Shown piece after piece: positions 29,062-38,130 of a stretch of 64,000 nucleotides of DNA. Numbering within the stretch: position 1 is the stretch's first letter; every line of letters starts with the position of its first letter. The stretch is taken from assembly GCA_963823665.1 (NCBI GenBank), contig CAWGMQ010000005.1, positions 1,824,001 to 1,888,000 of the forward strand, read 5' to 3'. Position numbers and translations under genes: made by a program. Below the pieces are notes generated by a model. It searched no databases, was not told the DNA's origin, and saw only the letters and a list, made by a program, of their open reading frames with translations. Source of the DNA: an uncultured Planctomycetota bacterium (lineage in GTDB: Bacteria; Planctomycetota; Planctomycetia; Isosphaerales; Isosphaeraceae).

Positions 29062-31806
29062 ATGCGCTGGGGGCTGGGACCGGTCTTTTTTTATGAGTGC
29101 CTGGCCAATTCGCGGCGCTGGCAGACCTACGCCATCCGGTCGGCCGGCGTCGCCCTGCTGCTCGCCGCGATCGCGACGATCGCCATGCCGCGCGCAACGA
29201 TCGACTCGACGTATGCATGGCGGGAATATGCCGCACTCGGCGTGGCGTACTTCTACGCGATCATCGGCGTGGAGCTGACCCTCGTCATGCTCGCCGCCCC
29301 CGCGGCCACCGCCGGCGCCATCTGCGTCGACCGCGCCCGCGGCACCCTGGCCCACATGCTTGTCACCGACCTCTCCGACCCCGAGATCGTCCTGGGCAAG
29401 CTCGCCGCGCAGCTCTTGCCGGTCCTGGGCCTGGTCGCCTGCTCCTGGCCGGTACTGGCGCTCGCGTCGCTGTTGGGCGGGATCGATCCCCGCGCGCTGA
29501 CGCTCGCGTTCGCGATCATCCTGGCCGTCGCCCTGCTCGGCTGCGCGATGGCGATGGCGCTGTCGGTGTGGGCCCGCAAGCTGCACGAGGTCGTGCTGGT
29601 CGTCTACACCTTCTGGGCGGTCGTACTGCTCCTCTGGCCGACCTGGTCCGCCCTGGCCTTGGCGAGGGTTGTCGGCCCGCCGCCCCCCTGGAGCCTCGTG
29701 GCGGACCCGTACTACCTGGCGTTCGCCCCGTATGGCGCGCCCAGCCAGGTCGATTTCTGGGACTACCTCGGTTTCTTTGCCGCGACGCTGGGGGCTTCCG
29801 TCGTGCTGGTGGTCCTGGCGGTCTGGCGGATGCGGCCGGTCGCGCGGCGGGGGACCGACGAAAGCCGCAAGGGGCCCCGGCTCGGCTGGCTCGGCCGGCT
29901 GACGCGACGCCTGCCCGGCCCGGCGCTCGACGGCAATCCCGTGCTCTGGCGCGAGTGGCATCGGTCGCGGCCATCGCAATGGGCGACGATCCTGATGGTC
30001 CTTCTGGTCGGCTCGACCGGCGTCGCCTGCGTCGTCGGCGCCGTCATCGCCTTGACCCAGGGTATCGACATCCCTCCGCGCACGCCGCCCGTCGGGTTGA
30101 TCGTTGGGATCGGCGGCGCGATCCTTCAGTTGATTTTCGGCCTGCTGATGCTCTCGGCCGCGGCGCCGACGTCGATGGCCGAAGAGCGCCAGCGGGGCAG
30201 CCTCGACCTCCTGGCCGCGACCACGCTCTCCACCCCGACGATCGTCCTGGGCAAGTGGCTGGCGACGCTGCGTCAAGTCGCGCTGCTGGCGATCGGGCCG
30301 GGACTGCTGGGACTCGCCCTGGCCCTGGCCGTCAGGCCGACGCTCCCGCCGGGACTCTCGGCCATATACTACGAGAAATTGTCCGACGGCGTGGTGCTCT
30401 TCGGCGCCGGCCTCCTGGTCGCGACGATCCTCGCCCACGGCGCCTTGATCGCGAGCGTCGGCCTGGCGCTGGCCGTCTGGATCGCGCGCCAGAGCCGGGC
30501 GATCGCCCTGAGCGTGGCGTTCGCCGTGATGGTGGGCGCCGGCTTGCCGATCCTCGTCACGGTGATGGGCATGGGCCCGATCCGACACCCGGGCCCGGCG
30601 TGCCTGAGCCCCGTCGTGGCCGCCTACAACCTCATCGGGATCGTGGTCGATCGTCGCCGATATGGGAGCGAGGACCTCTGGTGGATCACGCTCTGGGACA
30701 TCGAGTTCCTGGCGCTGGCCCTGGGGCTGTTGTGGCTGACCGTCCGCACGTTCGACCGCTGCTTCGACCGCATCCCCGACCGACCCGGGCGCGCGCCGTT
30801 GCTCTCCGACATCGTCGTGGTCCTGGCTGGGCTGCTCGGCATCGGCGGCCTGGTCGGCGGGATCGCGGCCCTGGTCCAGGGGACCCGGGACTCCATGCCC
30901 GCGGTGGACAACGGAGTGTCGGCCTGCATCTTCCTCGTCGCGGTCGGCTTCGTCCTGGTGGCCGCGCTGGCCGCGTCGTCGATGTCTCCCGCCGGGCCAT
31001 CGCCGGGGATGGCCCCGGTGTCGACGGCGGCGATTCCGGGCCGGAAGTCCTTCGCGATCCGGTGGTGGGAGGCCTTCCGCCTGGTCCTGCTGCTGGCGAT
31101 CGGCCCCGCGCTGGTCGCCCTGGCGCTGGCCACGGCCCCGATGGCGCTCCAGGTCGCGACGAAGGTCAAGCCGCTCCCCGGGGGCGGCTCGGTCCGGATC
31201 GAGATGAATCCCTCGGGGGATACCTACGCGACCACGACCGATGCCTCCGGTCGCATGACGGTCCGGCTGGCGACCGAAGAGGAGATCGCGGAGGCCGGGC
31301 CGGCCGCGCCGACCCAGACCCGCGGCGCCCCGCTGAAGGCCGCCGCCCTGGCGACGGTGACGGTCCTGGTCCATGGGGCGTTGTTCGTCAGCCTGGGCGC
31401 GGCGCTAGGGGTCTGGATCGGGCGCCGGCGCCGGGCGATCGCTGCGAGCGTCGGCCTGGTCCTGCTCATGACGGTGGGCTGGCCGATCGTCTATCTGCTC
31501 ATTTTCGACGATCCGCGTTTTTTTCGGTGGGGCCTGGCCCTGGCGAGCGTGCTGCCGGCCTACAGCACTCTCCTGTTCCAGAGGAACCACCCGGCGGTGA
31601 TCGCGATCATGAGCGGATGGGTCGCCTTCTGGGACGTGATCCTGATCCTGTCGGCCGCCATCCTCTCGGGGCTGGCGATCCGCACCGTGGGCCGCAGGTC
31701 CCGAGTGGGCCCTCCCGCCGAGGCTGACGCCGAAGAGGCCGCGCTTCAGCCGGCCGGCGGCGACTCAGGGAGCGCGGCGATCCGGGAAGGGGAAAAGTGG
31801 ACATGA
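29062..31806 (+). CDS. ABC-2-type permease-like multi-pass membrane protein
   Basis: GPVFFYE, DRARGTLAHMLVTDLS..EIVLGKL, EERQRGSLDLL, NPVLWREW. Confidence 0.85.
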   Translation: MRWGLGPVFFYECLANSRRWQTYAIRSAGVALLLAAIATIAMPRATIDSTYAWREYAALGVAYFYAIIGVELTLVMLAAPAATAGAICVDRARGTLAHMLVTDLSDPEIVLGKLAAQLLPVLGLVACSWPVLALASLLGGIDPRALTLAFAIILAVALLGCAMAMALSVWARKLHEVVLVVYTFWAVVLLLWPTWSALALARVVGPPPPWSLVADPYYLAFAPYGAPSQVDFWDYLGFFAATLGASVVLVVLAVWRMRPVARRGTDESRKGPRLGWLGRLTRRLPGPALDGNPVLWREWHRSRPSQWATILMVLLVGSTGVACVVGAVIALTQGIDIPPRTPPVGLIVGIGGAILQLIFGLLMLSAAAPTSMAEERQRGSLDLLAATTLSTPTIVLGKWLATLRQVALLAIGPGLLGLALALAVRPTLPPGLSAIYYEKLSDGVVLFGAGLLVATILAHGALIASVGLALAVWIARQSRAIALSVAFAVMVGAGLPILVTVMGMGPIRHPGPACLSPVVAAYNLIGIVVDRRRYGSEDLWWITLWDIEFLALALGLLWLTVRTFDRCFDRIPDRPGRAPLLSDIVVVLAGLLGIGGLVGGIAALVQGTRDSMPAVDNGVSACIFLVAVGFVLVAALAASSMSPAGPSPGMAPVSTAAIPGRKSFAIRWWEAFRLVLLLAIGPALVALALATAPMALQVATKVKPLPGGGSVRIEMNPSGDTYATTTDASGRMTVRLATEEEIAEAGPAAPTQTRGAPLKAAALATVTVLVHGALFVSLGAALGVWIGRRRRAIAASVGLVLLMTVGWPIVYLLIFDDPRFFRWGLALASVLPAYSTLLFQRNHPAVIAIMSGWVAFWDVILILSAAILSGLAIRTVGRRSRVGPPAEADAEEAALQPAGGDSGSAAIREGEKWT

Positions 31807-32201
31807 AGGTGGGCGCGGCGTCGCCGGGCTCGCCGCATGATCCGGGGCAGCTCCACGATCCTTCAGTGGGCGATGGCCACCCGCCCAACTCCTTCCTCTT
31901 GCGCGCTTCGGTCCGACGACACCGAAGCAATTTGGAGCGAAGCATCAGACGTGTCCTCACCTGGCAGTTCATCTACCTCCCGACAGCACCTTGGAGATGG
32001 GGGCCGCTGAAATGGGGGCCGCGATTCGCTGCCCCGTAGCCTGAGACTCGCCCCGGAGGAAGGGACACGGCTGAACCGCTCATTATCTTGCCCACTCACA
32101 ACGGTTGGCCGAACTCGTTGGCCCAGCCATCGACACTTTCGGTCGAATACCGCGACGTTTACAATTCATCTGGCCTTGGTTGACAAATTTGGCGGGATGA
32201 G

Positions 32202-33266
32202 TTGACGAACGAGGATTGTGTGGAAAACCGCGCGGGCAATGAAATCCGTCGATTCATCCTGCGTTTCGTGGACGAATACCCGCACGAGATCGCGAAGCGA
32301 GCGTCAGAGGAGTTCGGCGTTTCGCGTCAAGCTGTGCATCGACACCTGACGGCGCTTGTTCGGGAAGGTCAGATCGAGGCGAGCGGACAAGCACGCCGCA
32401 AGCGCTATGGCCTCAAAACTCAGGTCGTCGAAAGAACTCTGCCATTAGCGGCGAATCAAGATGAAGAACGCGTTTGGCGACTGATTGTCGCCCCGGTGCT
32501 CGCAGGCCTCCCGGAGAGCATCCTCAGGATCTGCGATTATGGATTCACGGAGATGTACAACAACGCGATCGAGCACTCGGAAGGAGCCACAGCGCAGATT
32601 TTCATCGGCCGATCTGCCCGAACGATCACGCTTGGTGTCAAAGATAATGGAATAGGCATCTTCGAGAAGGTTCGTTCGGGGTTCAATCTGGAAGATGATC
32701 GGCAGGCAATTTTCGAACTCTTGAAGGGCAAGCTCACAACGGACCCGAGCCGGCACTCAGGGCAGGGATTCTTCTTCTCGGCACGGTTATTTGACCGATT
32801 CGACGTGATTGCGAACCAGACATGGCTTCGCTACATCGCAGGATTGCCCGCACAGTGGATGATTTCGTCGAAGGCGGATGACCACCGTGCGAGCGGCACC
32901 TCAGTCGAGATGACGATCGCCGTCGACAGCCCGCGCCTGCTCCGGGAAGTCTTCGACTTTTATTCAAACCTGGAGTCCGGAGACTTCGAATTCTCCAAGA
33001 CGGACATACCCTTAAAGCTGGCCCAGTACGGAACAGACCTGCTCATCTCTCGGTCCCAGGCCAAGCGCATCCTGGCTCGGCTTGAATCGTTCGAGGAAGT
33101 GTTTCTCGATTTCTCGGGTGTCGAGGAGATTGGGCAGGCGTTTGCCGATGAGATCTTCCGCGTTTATGCGACGGCCCACCCCGCCGTGAAGCTGACTCCA
33201 ATCCATGCGAACGATGACGTGAACCGAATGATCCGGCGGGCGATTGCCGGGACGAAATCGAGATGA
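32202..33266 (+). CDS. wHTH + HATPase-like + STAS-like (DUF4325) protein
   Basis: FGVSRQAVHRHL; FTEMYNNAIEHS, DNGIGIF, HSGQGFFF; SRSQAKR...LDFSGVEEIGQAFADEIFRV. Confidence 0.85.
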   Translation: MTNEDCVENRAGNEIRRFILRFVDEYPHEIAKRASEEFGVSRQAVHRHLTALVREGQIEASGQARRKRYGLKTQVVERTLPLAANQDEERVWRLIVAPVLAGLPESILRICDYGFTEMYNNAIEHSEGATAQIFIGRSARTITLGVKDNGIGIFEKVRSGFNLEDDRQAIFELLKGKLTTDPSRHSGQGFFFSARLFDRFDVIANQTWLRYIAGLPAQWMISSKADDHRASGTSVEMTIAVDSPRLLREVFDFYSNLESGDFEFSKTDIPLKLAQYGTDLLISRSQAKRILARLESFEEVFLDFSGVEEIGQAFADEIFRVYATAHPAVKLTPIHANDDVNRMIRRAIAGTKSR

Positions 33267-33376
33267 GGAGCGACTCAAACATCCGGGCTCGATGAGCGGG
33301 CGGCACACGGAGTGTGCCTGCTACATATGAGCACTGGCCTCGTCAGTCGTATCTTGGCGTAACGCTCGGCGGCGGC

Positions 33377-34282
33377 TCACGCGATTTTCGCCAGCGGGTG
33401 ACCGGCCAGTTTTTCTAGGATCGCGATCGGGGCGATCTCCGGGCAGGCCAGGCTCGAGCGGCGGATGATGAAGGTTTGCTCGAGGGCGAACTGGCCGCTC
33501 AAGCAGGCGTGGCTGGCGCTGTCGGTGAACACGATCCAGGTCGAGCCAGCGGGAAACTCCCAGCGGTCCTTGCGGCAGGTTTGCTGGAATCTAGCGTCTT
33601 CCTTCATCGCGTGGTGGATCTTGAGCATGAAGCGGTCATACGGAGGCCGATCGATTACCGGCAGGCCAATCCTGGCCGCGGCCCGGACGGTCAGCTCGGC
33701 ACATGTCTGGAGGGCACTCTGCTTCCGGTGAAGGCCGACGCGCTCGGCGAATTTGCCGGCGAGATCTCCGAAGTTGTCGGTGGTGATCCACACCCGCGGG
33801 CGCTCGGGATGAATGTTGGTGAAGATCCGCAGCAAGCGGTCGCCATGCGAGGGGCGCGTCGGAAACGAGTCGAAATGAAGAAGGTCATTTCGCGAGTGGA
33901 GCGAAACCTGCCGCCCGGATTCCTCGATCGGGCGGAAGCTCGCGAAGTCGATCTTCCAGGCACCGGCGTATTTCTTCAGCAAGCTCGCCATGAAGGCGAT
34001 GGCTTGCCCCGAATAGCCGCGCATGATCTCGTGGACTCTCGCCCGCTCTTCGGGATTGTCCTGGTCGACGCCTTTGAGCCGGTCTTCGAGTGTTCGGTAG
34101 CTGATGTTCTTGTGGTACGAGGCACTCACCTGCTTCTGCGTCACCAGGAACTTGCGGTGCTCCTCGGGCAAGAGCGGCGGAGAATCCGGAAAGTACAAGA
34201 TGTCGCCCGATTCGAGCCCGCGGTATTCGAGGGCACTGGCCTCGGTGTCAAATCGGTCTTTGCCAAGTGTGATTCGTGCCAT
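33377..34282 (-). CDS. Kdo hydroxylase (KdoO-like) family protein
   Basis: HKNISY, ASFRP.EE.GR, LLHFDSFPTRP..G.RLLRIFTN, HHAMK.D..FQ, FPAGSTWIVFTD..SHA..SGQFALEQT. Confidence 0.88.
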   Translation of the reverse strand: MARITLGKDRFDTEASALEYRGLESGDILYFPDSPPLLPEEHRKFLVTQKQVSASYHKNISYRTLEDRLKGVDQDNPEERARVHEIMRGYSGQAIAFMASLLKKYAGAWKIDFASFRPIEESGRQVSLHSRNDLLHFDSFPTRPSHGDRLLRIFTNIHPERPRVWITTDNFGDLAGKFAERVGLHRKQSALQTCAELTVRAAARIGLPVIDRPPYDRFMLKIHHAMKEDARFQQTCRKDRWEFPAGSTWIVFTDSASHACLSGQFALEQTFIIRRSSLACPEIAPIAILEKLAGHPLAKIA

Positions 34283-34515
34283 GCCAGACCGCTCCTTGAT
34301 CGATGGCTTCTTGATCGATGAATCCGTTCGGAAGGGAGTGGGTCCGAATCATACCGCGATTGCGTAACCTGGAAAGAGGAAACTCGCATTGACAGTGTTC
34401 GGCACATGGACGACATTGCGGCCGACGAAATCCGTTGCTGCACAGCCTGTTTCAGCCGGCTCGATGAATCGACTGGATTTTCAACCAAGACTTCACTCGC
34501 CAGAAGGAACTCGCG

Positions 34516-35385
34516 ATGAGCCAGCTTCCCGCCGCCGTGCTTTCCCGCGCTGCCCGCGGTCTTTCCCGACGATGCAAGGAAATGCGCAACACGATCGAAT
34601 GGCGCGCATCGCGGGCCATCCGGAACGAAGCGCCATGGTCGTATAACCGTTGGGGGCAGCGGTACCAGGCAGTGAGCCTCTCCGAGTATCACTACCTGCG
34701 CGACGGCAATCCCGAGAACTACGAAAGCGCCCTGATCGAGCAAGTTCTCAAAGCAGGAATGACCGTGGTCGACGTGGGTGCCAACCACGGAATGTTCAGT
34801 CTGGAGGCGGCTCACTTGATCGGCTGCGAAGGCGTGGTGCATGCGTTCGAGCCCACGCCACGGACGCGGGAGCTGCTGCGGAGCAACCTGGCGGCTAATG
34901 ACCTGAGCACGGTCAAGGTCTTTTCATCGGCGCTTGGCGAGACTTCCGGCACTGCTCGTCTTCGGGTGCATAACGAGCTGAGCGGGCTGAATACGCTCGC
35001 CGCGCTTGATGTCACCTGGAACCATCAGAAGCTTGCGGCGGATGAAATCATCGAGGTACCCGTGACAACATTGAGTGCACACGCACAGACTGAAGGGCTG
35101 GGCCAGATCGACTTCCTCAAGATTGATGTCGAGGGTTTTGAGCTGAGCGTGATCCGCGGGGCACGGGAGCTGCTGCGCGAAAAGCGCATCGACCTGATCC
35201 TGCTCGAGATCGGCGACGGCACCTGCGCGACGGCTGGAGTCGACCCGATCGAGGTGCTCCATGAGCTCGAGTCGCTGGGCTATCGGTTGCATTCGATTGA
35301 TTCGGAAGGCAGAGTTTGCGACCGGGTTCGGGCGTTCCCCGAAACTTCGTTCAGTGCCAACTTCCTGGCGATGCCGGGAGTGTGA
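34516..35385 (+). CDS. FkbM family methyltransferase
   Basis: VDVGANHG, HAFEP, LKIDVEGFE. Confidence 0.93.
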   Translation: MSQLPAAVLSRAARGLSRRCKEMRNTIEWRASRAIRNEAPWSYNRWGQRYQAVSLSEYHYLRDGNPENYESALIEQVLKAGMTVVDVGANHGMFSLEAAHLIGCEGVVHAFEPTPRTRELLRSNLAANDLSTVKVFSSALGETSGTARLRVHNELSGLNTLAALDVTWNHQKLAADEIIEVPVTTLSAHAQTEGLGQIDFLKIDVEGFELSVIRGARELLREKRIDLILLEIGDGTCATAGVDPIEVLHELESLGYRLHSIDSEGRVCDRVRAFPETSFSANFLAMPGV

Positions 35386-35386
35386 G

Positions 35387-36208
35387 TCACCAGTGCATCA
35401 CAAATCCACCATCGACGTTGATTGTCTGCCCCGTGATGTTCCTCGCTCGATTCGACGCGAGGAAGACCGCCATGGCCGCGATGTCTTCCGGGTGCTGCCA
35501 GCGATTGAGCGGGACGACTTTCTTGATCTTTTCTGCTGACCACGCTTCGTAGGTTGAGCGTTCCGATTCGGGCTGATCTCGTGCCCAGGCTTCGTATACG
35601 CCGCGGTTGAGCGGAGTTTGCACCATGCCGGGGCAGAGCGAGTTCACCCGCACGCCGGAGGGTGCGAGGTCCTTGGCTGCGCACTGGGCAAAGTTGATCA
35701 CGGCGGCCTTGGCGGCGCTGTAGGGTGGATCGGTCTGTGAGCCGATCTGGCCTGCCACCGACGAGAGAAAAAGAATTGACGGAGAAATGTCAGTTCGGGC
35801 GGTTGTGTTTGCGAACGCGTGAGCCATCGTGGGGGCAAACGCATGCGCTACGTTCACCGCGCCGACCAGATTGATCTTGAGGACGCGGTCCCAGTCAGAA
35901 GGCTCGAGCTTCCAGAACGGAAACCCGAATTTGCCCGACCCGGCACCGACGGCGTAAACCACATGCTCGCACTGGCCCAACCGACGGGTGATCTCCCCAG
36001 CCGCGTGCTGGACGGCTGAGTAATCACAGACATCCACGACCAGACTGATCGATCCGGGAAACTCCGTTACGAGATCCACGACACGAGGGTCGATATCAAT
36101 GGCGGCAATTCGCGCTTTCTCGGCGGCGAACGTCTTCGCGATCGCCGCGCCGATTCCACTGGCCGCACCGAAAATAGCCACCACGCTACTGGAGAGGCCC
36201 AGATCCAT
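35387..36208 (-). CDS. SDR family oxidoreductase
   Basis: GAASGIG, YSAAK, VRVNSLCPG, ITGQTINVDGG. Confidence 0.95.
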   Translation of the reverse strand: MDLGLSSSVVAIFGAASGIGAAIAKTFAAEKARIAAIDIDPRVVDLVTEFPGSISLVVDVCDYSAVQHAAGEITRRLGQCEHVVYAVGAGSGKFGFPFWKLEPSDWDRVLKINLVGAVNVAHAFAPTMAHAFANTTARTDISPSILFLSSVAGQIGSQTDPPYSAAKAAVINFAQCAAKDLAPSGVRVNSLCPGMVQTPLNRGVYEAWARDQPESERSTYEAWSAEKIKKVVPLNRWQHPEDIAAMAVFLASNRARNITGQTINVDGGFVMHW

Positions 36209-36217
36209 CGCGATGAC

Positions 36218-36487
36218 TCATTTTCCGCTGGAACGCTGGCGGCCGGCTTGCTGGTTGCCACGGCCGATGTCAACCATGCGCTCACGAGCACTCGGGTCCG
36301 CATCGGGGCCGGCAGATTGCGACAGCTTGCTCTGGTCACGCGCGAGCTTGCCCTTCTTCTTGCCTTTGCCTTTCCCCTTGGCGCCGGGTGAGACACCAGG
36401 CAGTCCCTCCGCAAAATCTGCGTCTTGATCGGCCGGCGGTTGGTCCGGCAGTGCGTCGGTCAGCTTGAAACGCCCAAATCCCGGCAT
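36218..36487 (-). CDS. Small basic hypothetical protein
   Basis: GGAGG RBS; KGKGKGKKK tract; ends 9 nt before the SDR start. Confidence 0.6.
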   Translation of the reverse strand: MPGFGRFKLTDALPDQPPADQDADFAEGLPGVSPGAKGKGKGKKKGKLARDQSKLSQSAGPDADPSARERMVDIGRGNQQAGRQRSSGK

Positions 36488-36648
36488 TGAGGTTGCCTCC
36501 GTTCCGATGAATGTGGTCTGTCGATAGATTCATAGTAGAGCGAAAGCAGCCCGATTTTTCTAGCGAAATGCAACGAACTCCCGTCGAGATGTGGTACAGT
36601 TGACGCCGCTCGGCGAATTTGCTGGGTGTGCTCGGGAGTGGTTGGGAC

Positions 36649-36699
36649 GTCAGGCTAAAGCCTGACCTACTTCGGATGTCAGGCTGAAGCCTGACCTAC
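36649..36699 (-). repeat. Two tandem GTAG-type REP palindromes
   Basis: On the minus strand, GTAG-GTCAGGC-TT(C/T)A-GCCTGAC twice. Confidence 0.85.
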
Positions 36700-36712
36700 T
36701 GGGGAGGCATTC

Positions 36713-37480
36713 ATGCTCCAGGAAACCGGATCGTTGACTCGCCGCGAATTCGCCCGAAATGCGTTGCAATCGGCGACTGCCCTGGCCTTGATCGAGGGGC
36801 TCTGGTCGAGCCGGCTGTTCGGGGACGGAGTGCGGCCTCTGATCGACGATTGGTTCAAAGAGGTCGACGCGATCAGCAAAGATGTCCACGACCACAAGAC
36901 GAAAGACGTCGAGTTTCAGAAGTCGCTCGAAGAGCTGTATCGGCGCGTGGACTTGAAGGCGCTGCTGGCTTCTCTCGACTTCGATCGATTGGCTGGAGGA
37001 ATAAGCTTCCCGGCGAAGGGAGCCAAGAGCTTTTCCGGCGATGAGCTGCACATGACGGGTTTGCCAAGGAAACCGATCTTCGGTAGACAGGTCTTCGCGA
37101 TGAAGAAGGGGCGATCGGTTGTGCCGCATGGTCATGACAACATGGCCACGGGGTTCCTCGTTCTCAAGGGCAGTTTCCGGGGCCGACACTACGACCGGGT
37201 GGAAGATCACCCGGAGCATTATGTCATCCGCCCGACGATCGATCGCGTGTTCAAGCCGGGCGAGTTCTCGACCATCTCAGACCATAAGGACAACATTCAC
37301 TGGTTCACGGCCGAAGGCGAGACTGGCTTCATTTTCAACGTCCACGTGGTGGAGACCGATCGCGACAACAAGAAGAAGCCAGGGCGAGTGTACGTCGACC
37401 CGATGGGAGAGAAGCTTGCGGGCGGCCTGATCAAAGCCCCCAAGATCACGTATGGGAAGGTGAACGAGCTCTATGGGTAA
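36713..37480 (+). CDS. Cupin-like hypothetical protein with twin-arginine-like leader
   Basis: LTRREFARN leader; VPHGHDNM...NIHWF; GGAGG RBS. Confidence 0.8.
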   Translation: MLQETGSLTRREFARNALQSATALALIEGLWSSRLFGDGVRPLIDDWFKEVDAISKDVHDHKTKDVEFQKSLEELYRRVDLKALLASLDFDRLAGGISFPAKGAKSFSGDELHMTGLPRKPIFGRQVFAMKKGRSVVPHGHDNMATGFLVLKGSFRGRHYDRVEDHPEHYVIRPTIDRVFKPGEFSTISDHKDNIHWFTAEGETGFIFNVHVVETDRDNKKKPGRVYVDPMGEKLAGGLIKAPKITYGKVNELYG

Positions 37481-37483
37481 CTA

Positions 37484-37507
37484 GGCCGACAGGCGTGTCG
37501 GCCCTAC
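37484..37507 (-). repeat. GTAG-type REP/hairpin between convergent genes
   Basis: On the minus strand, GTAG-GGCCGACA-CGCC-TGTCGGCC. Confidence 0.65.
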
Positions 37508-37941
37508 GGGGAGCGCCGCAGGCCGTACAGCAATGAGCCGACTTCGCCGTGAACCTCGCGGGTGTGGCGAACGATCAGTGCCGGCGGCATGGGCCAGGGA
37601 ACGATCGCGCCGACAGCGGCCGTGTCATCGGCCGCGTTCTGCCCGCGGCGTGCGCGGCGCTGGCGGCGGCGTTCGACCGTTTGGCGGATCGAGGCCTGGT
37701 AGTCCGCACTCGGCTCTGCGGCGCGGGCGGCGGGTTTTTTGCCACGTGGGGCTCGTGCATCGCCACTGTCGGTCTTGCCTGGATCGGATGGTGTGGCCTT
37801 GCGATCGGCGGAGCCGGCCGACTGACCGCCGCGGCCGGATTCCTGGGCCTGGGCGAAGGCGTCGCCCGCCGCGCAGCACGTGCAAATCCAGAAAAAGCCG
37901 GCTAGAACCCAACGCGACAGGCGGAGCATAGAGCCGTCCAT
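37504..37941 (-). CDS. Hypothetical exported protein
   Basis: AAGGAG RBS; signal-peptide-like N-terminus ending AFA-QAQ. Confidence 0.65.
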   Translation of the reverse strand: MDGSMLRLSRWVLAGFFWICTCCAAGDAFAQAQESGRGGQSAGSADRKATPSDPGKTDSGDARAPRGKKPAARAAEPSADYQASIRQTVERRRQRRARRGQNAADDTAAVGAIVPWPMPPALIVRHTREVHGEVGSLLYGLRRSP

Positions 37942-38130
37942 GCGTCATCTCCTTTCGGGTGTGCGGCGGTTTGAGCTGCCTGCGTTGCCATGACCAGATG
38001 GGACGATTAGACCGTCCCACGCAAGGAACGGCAAGCACGACGAACATCTGGATCGCATCGTTGTGTGAACCGTCACGAGATCTTAACATAGCGTTCGAGA
38101 CAGTCTTTATCCAGGCGCGGGAGCCTCGCG

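Noticed and set aside
28960..31727. 804-aa and 876-aa alternative-frame ORFs
   Set aside because: Arg/Pro/Gly-rich shadows of a very GC-rich gene.
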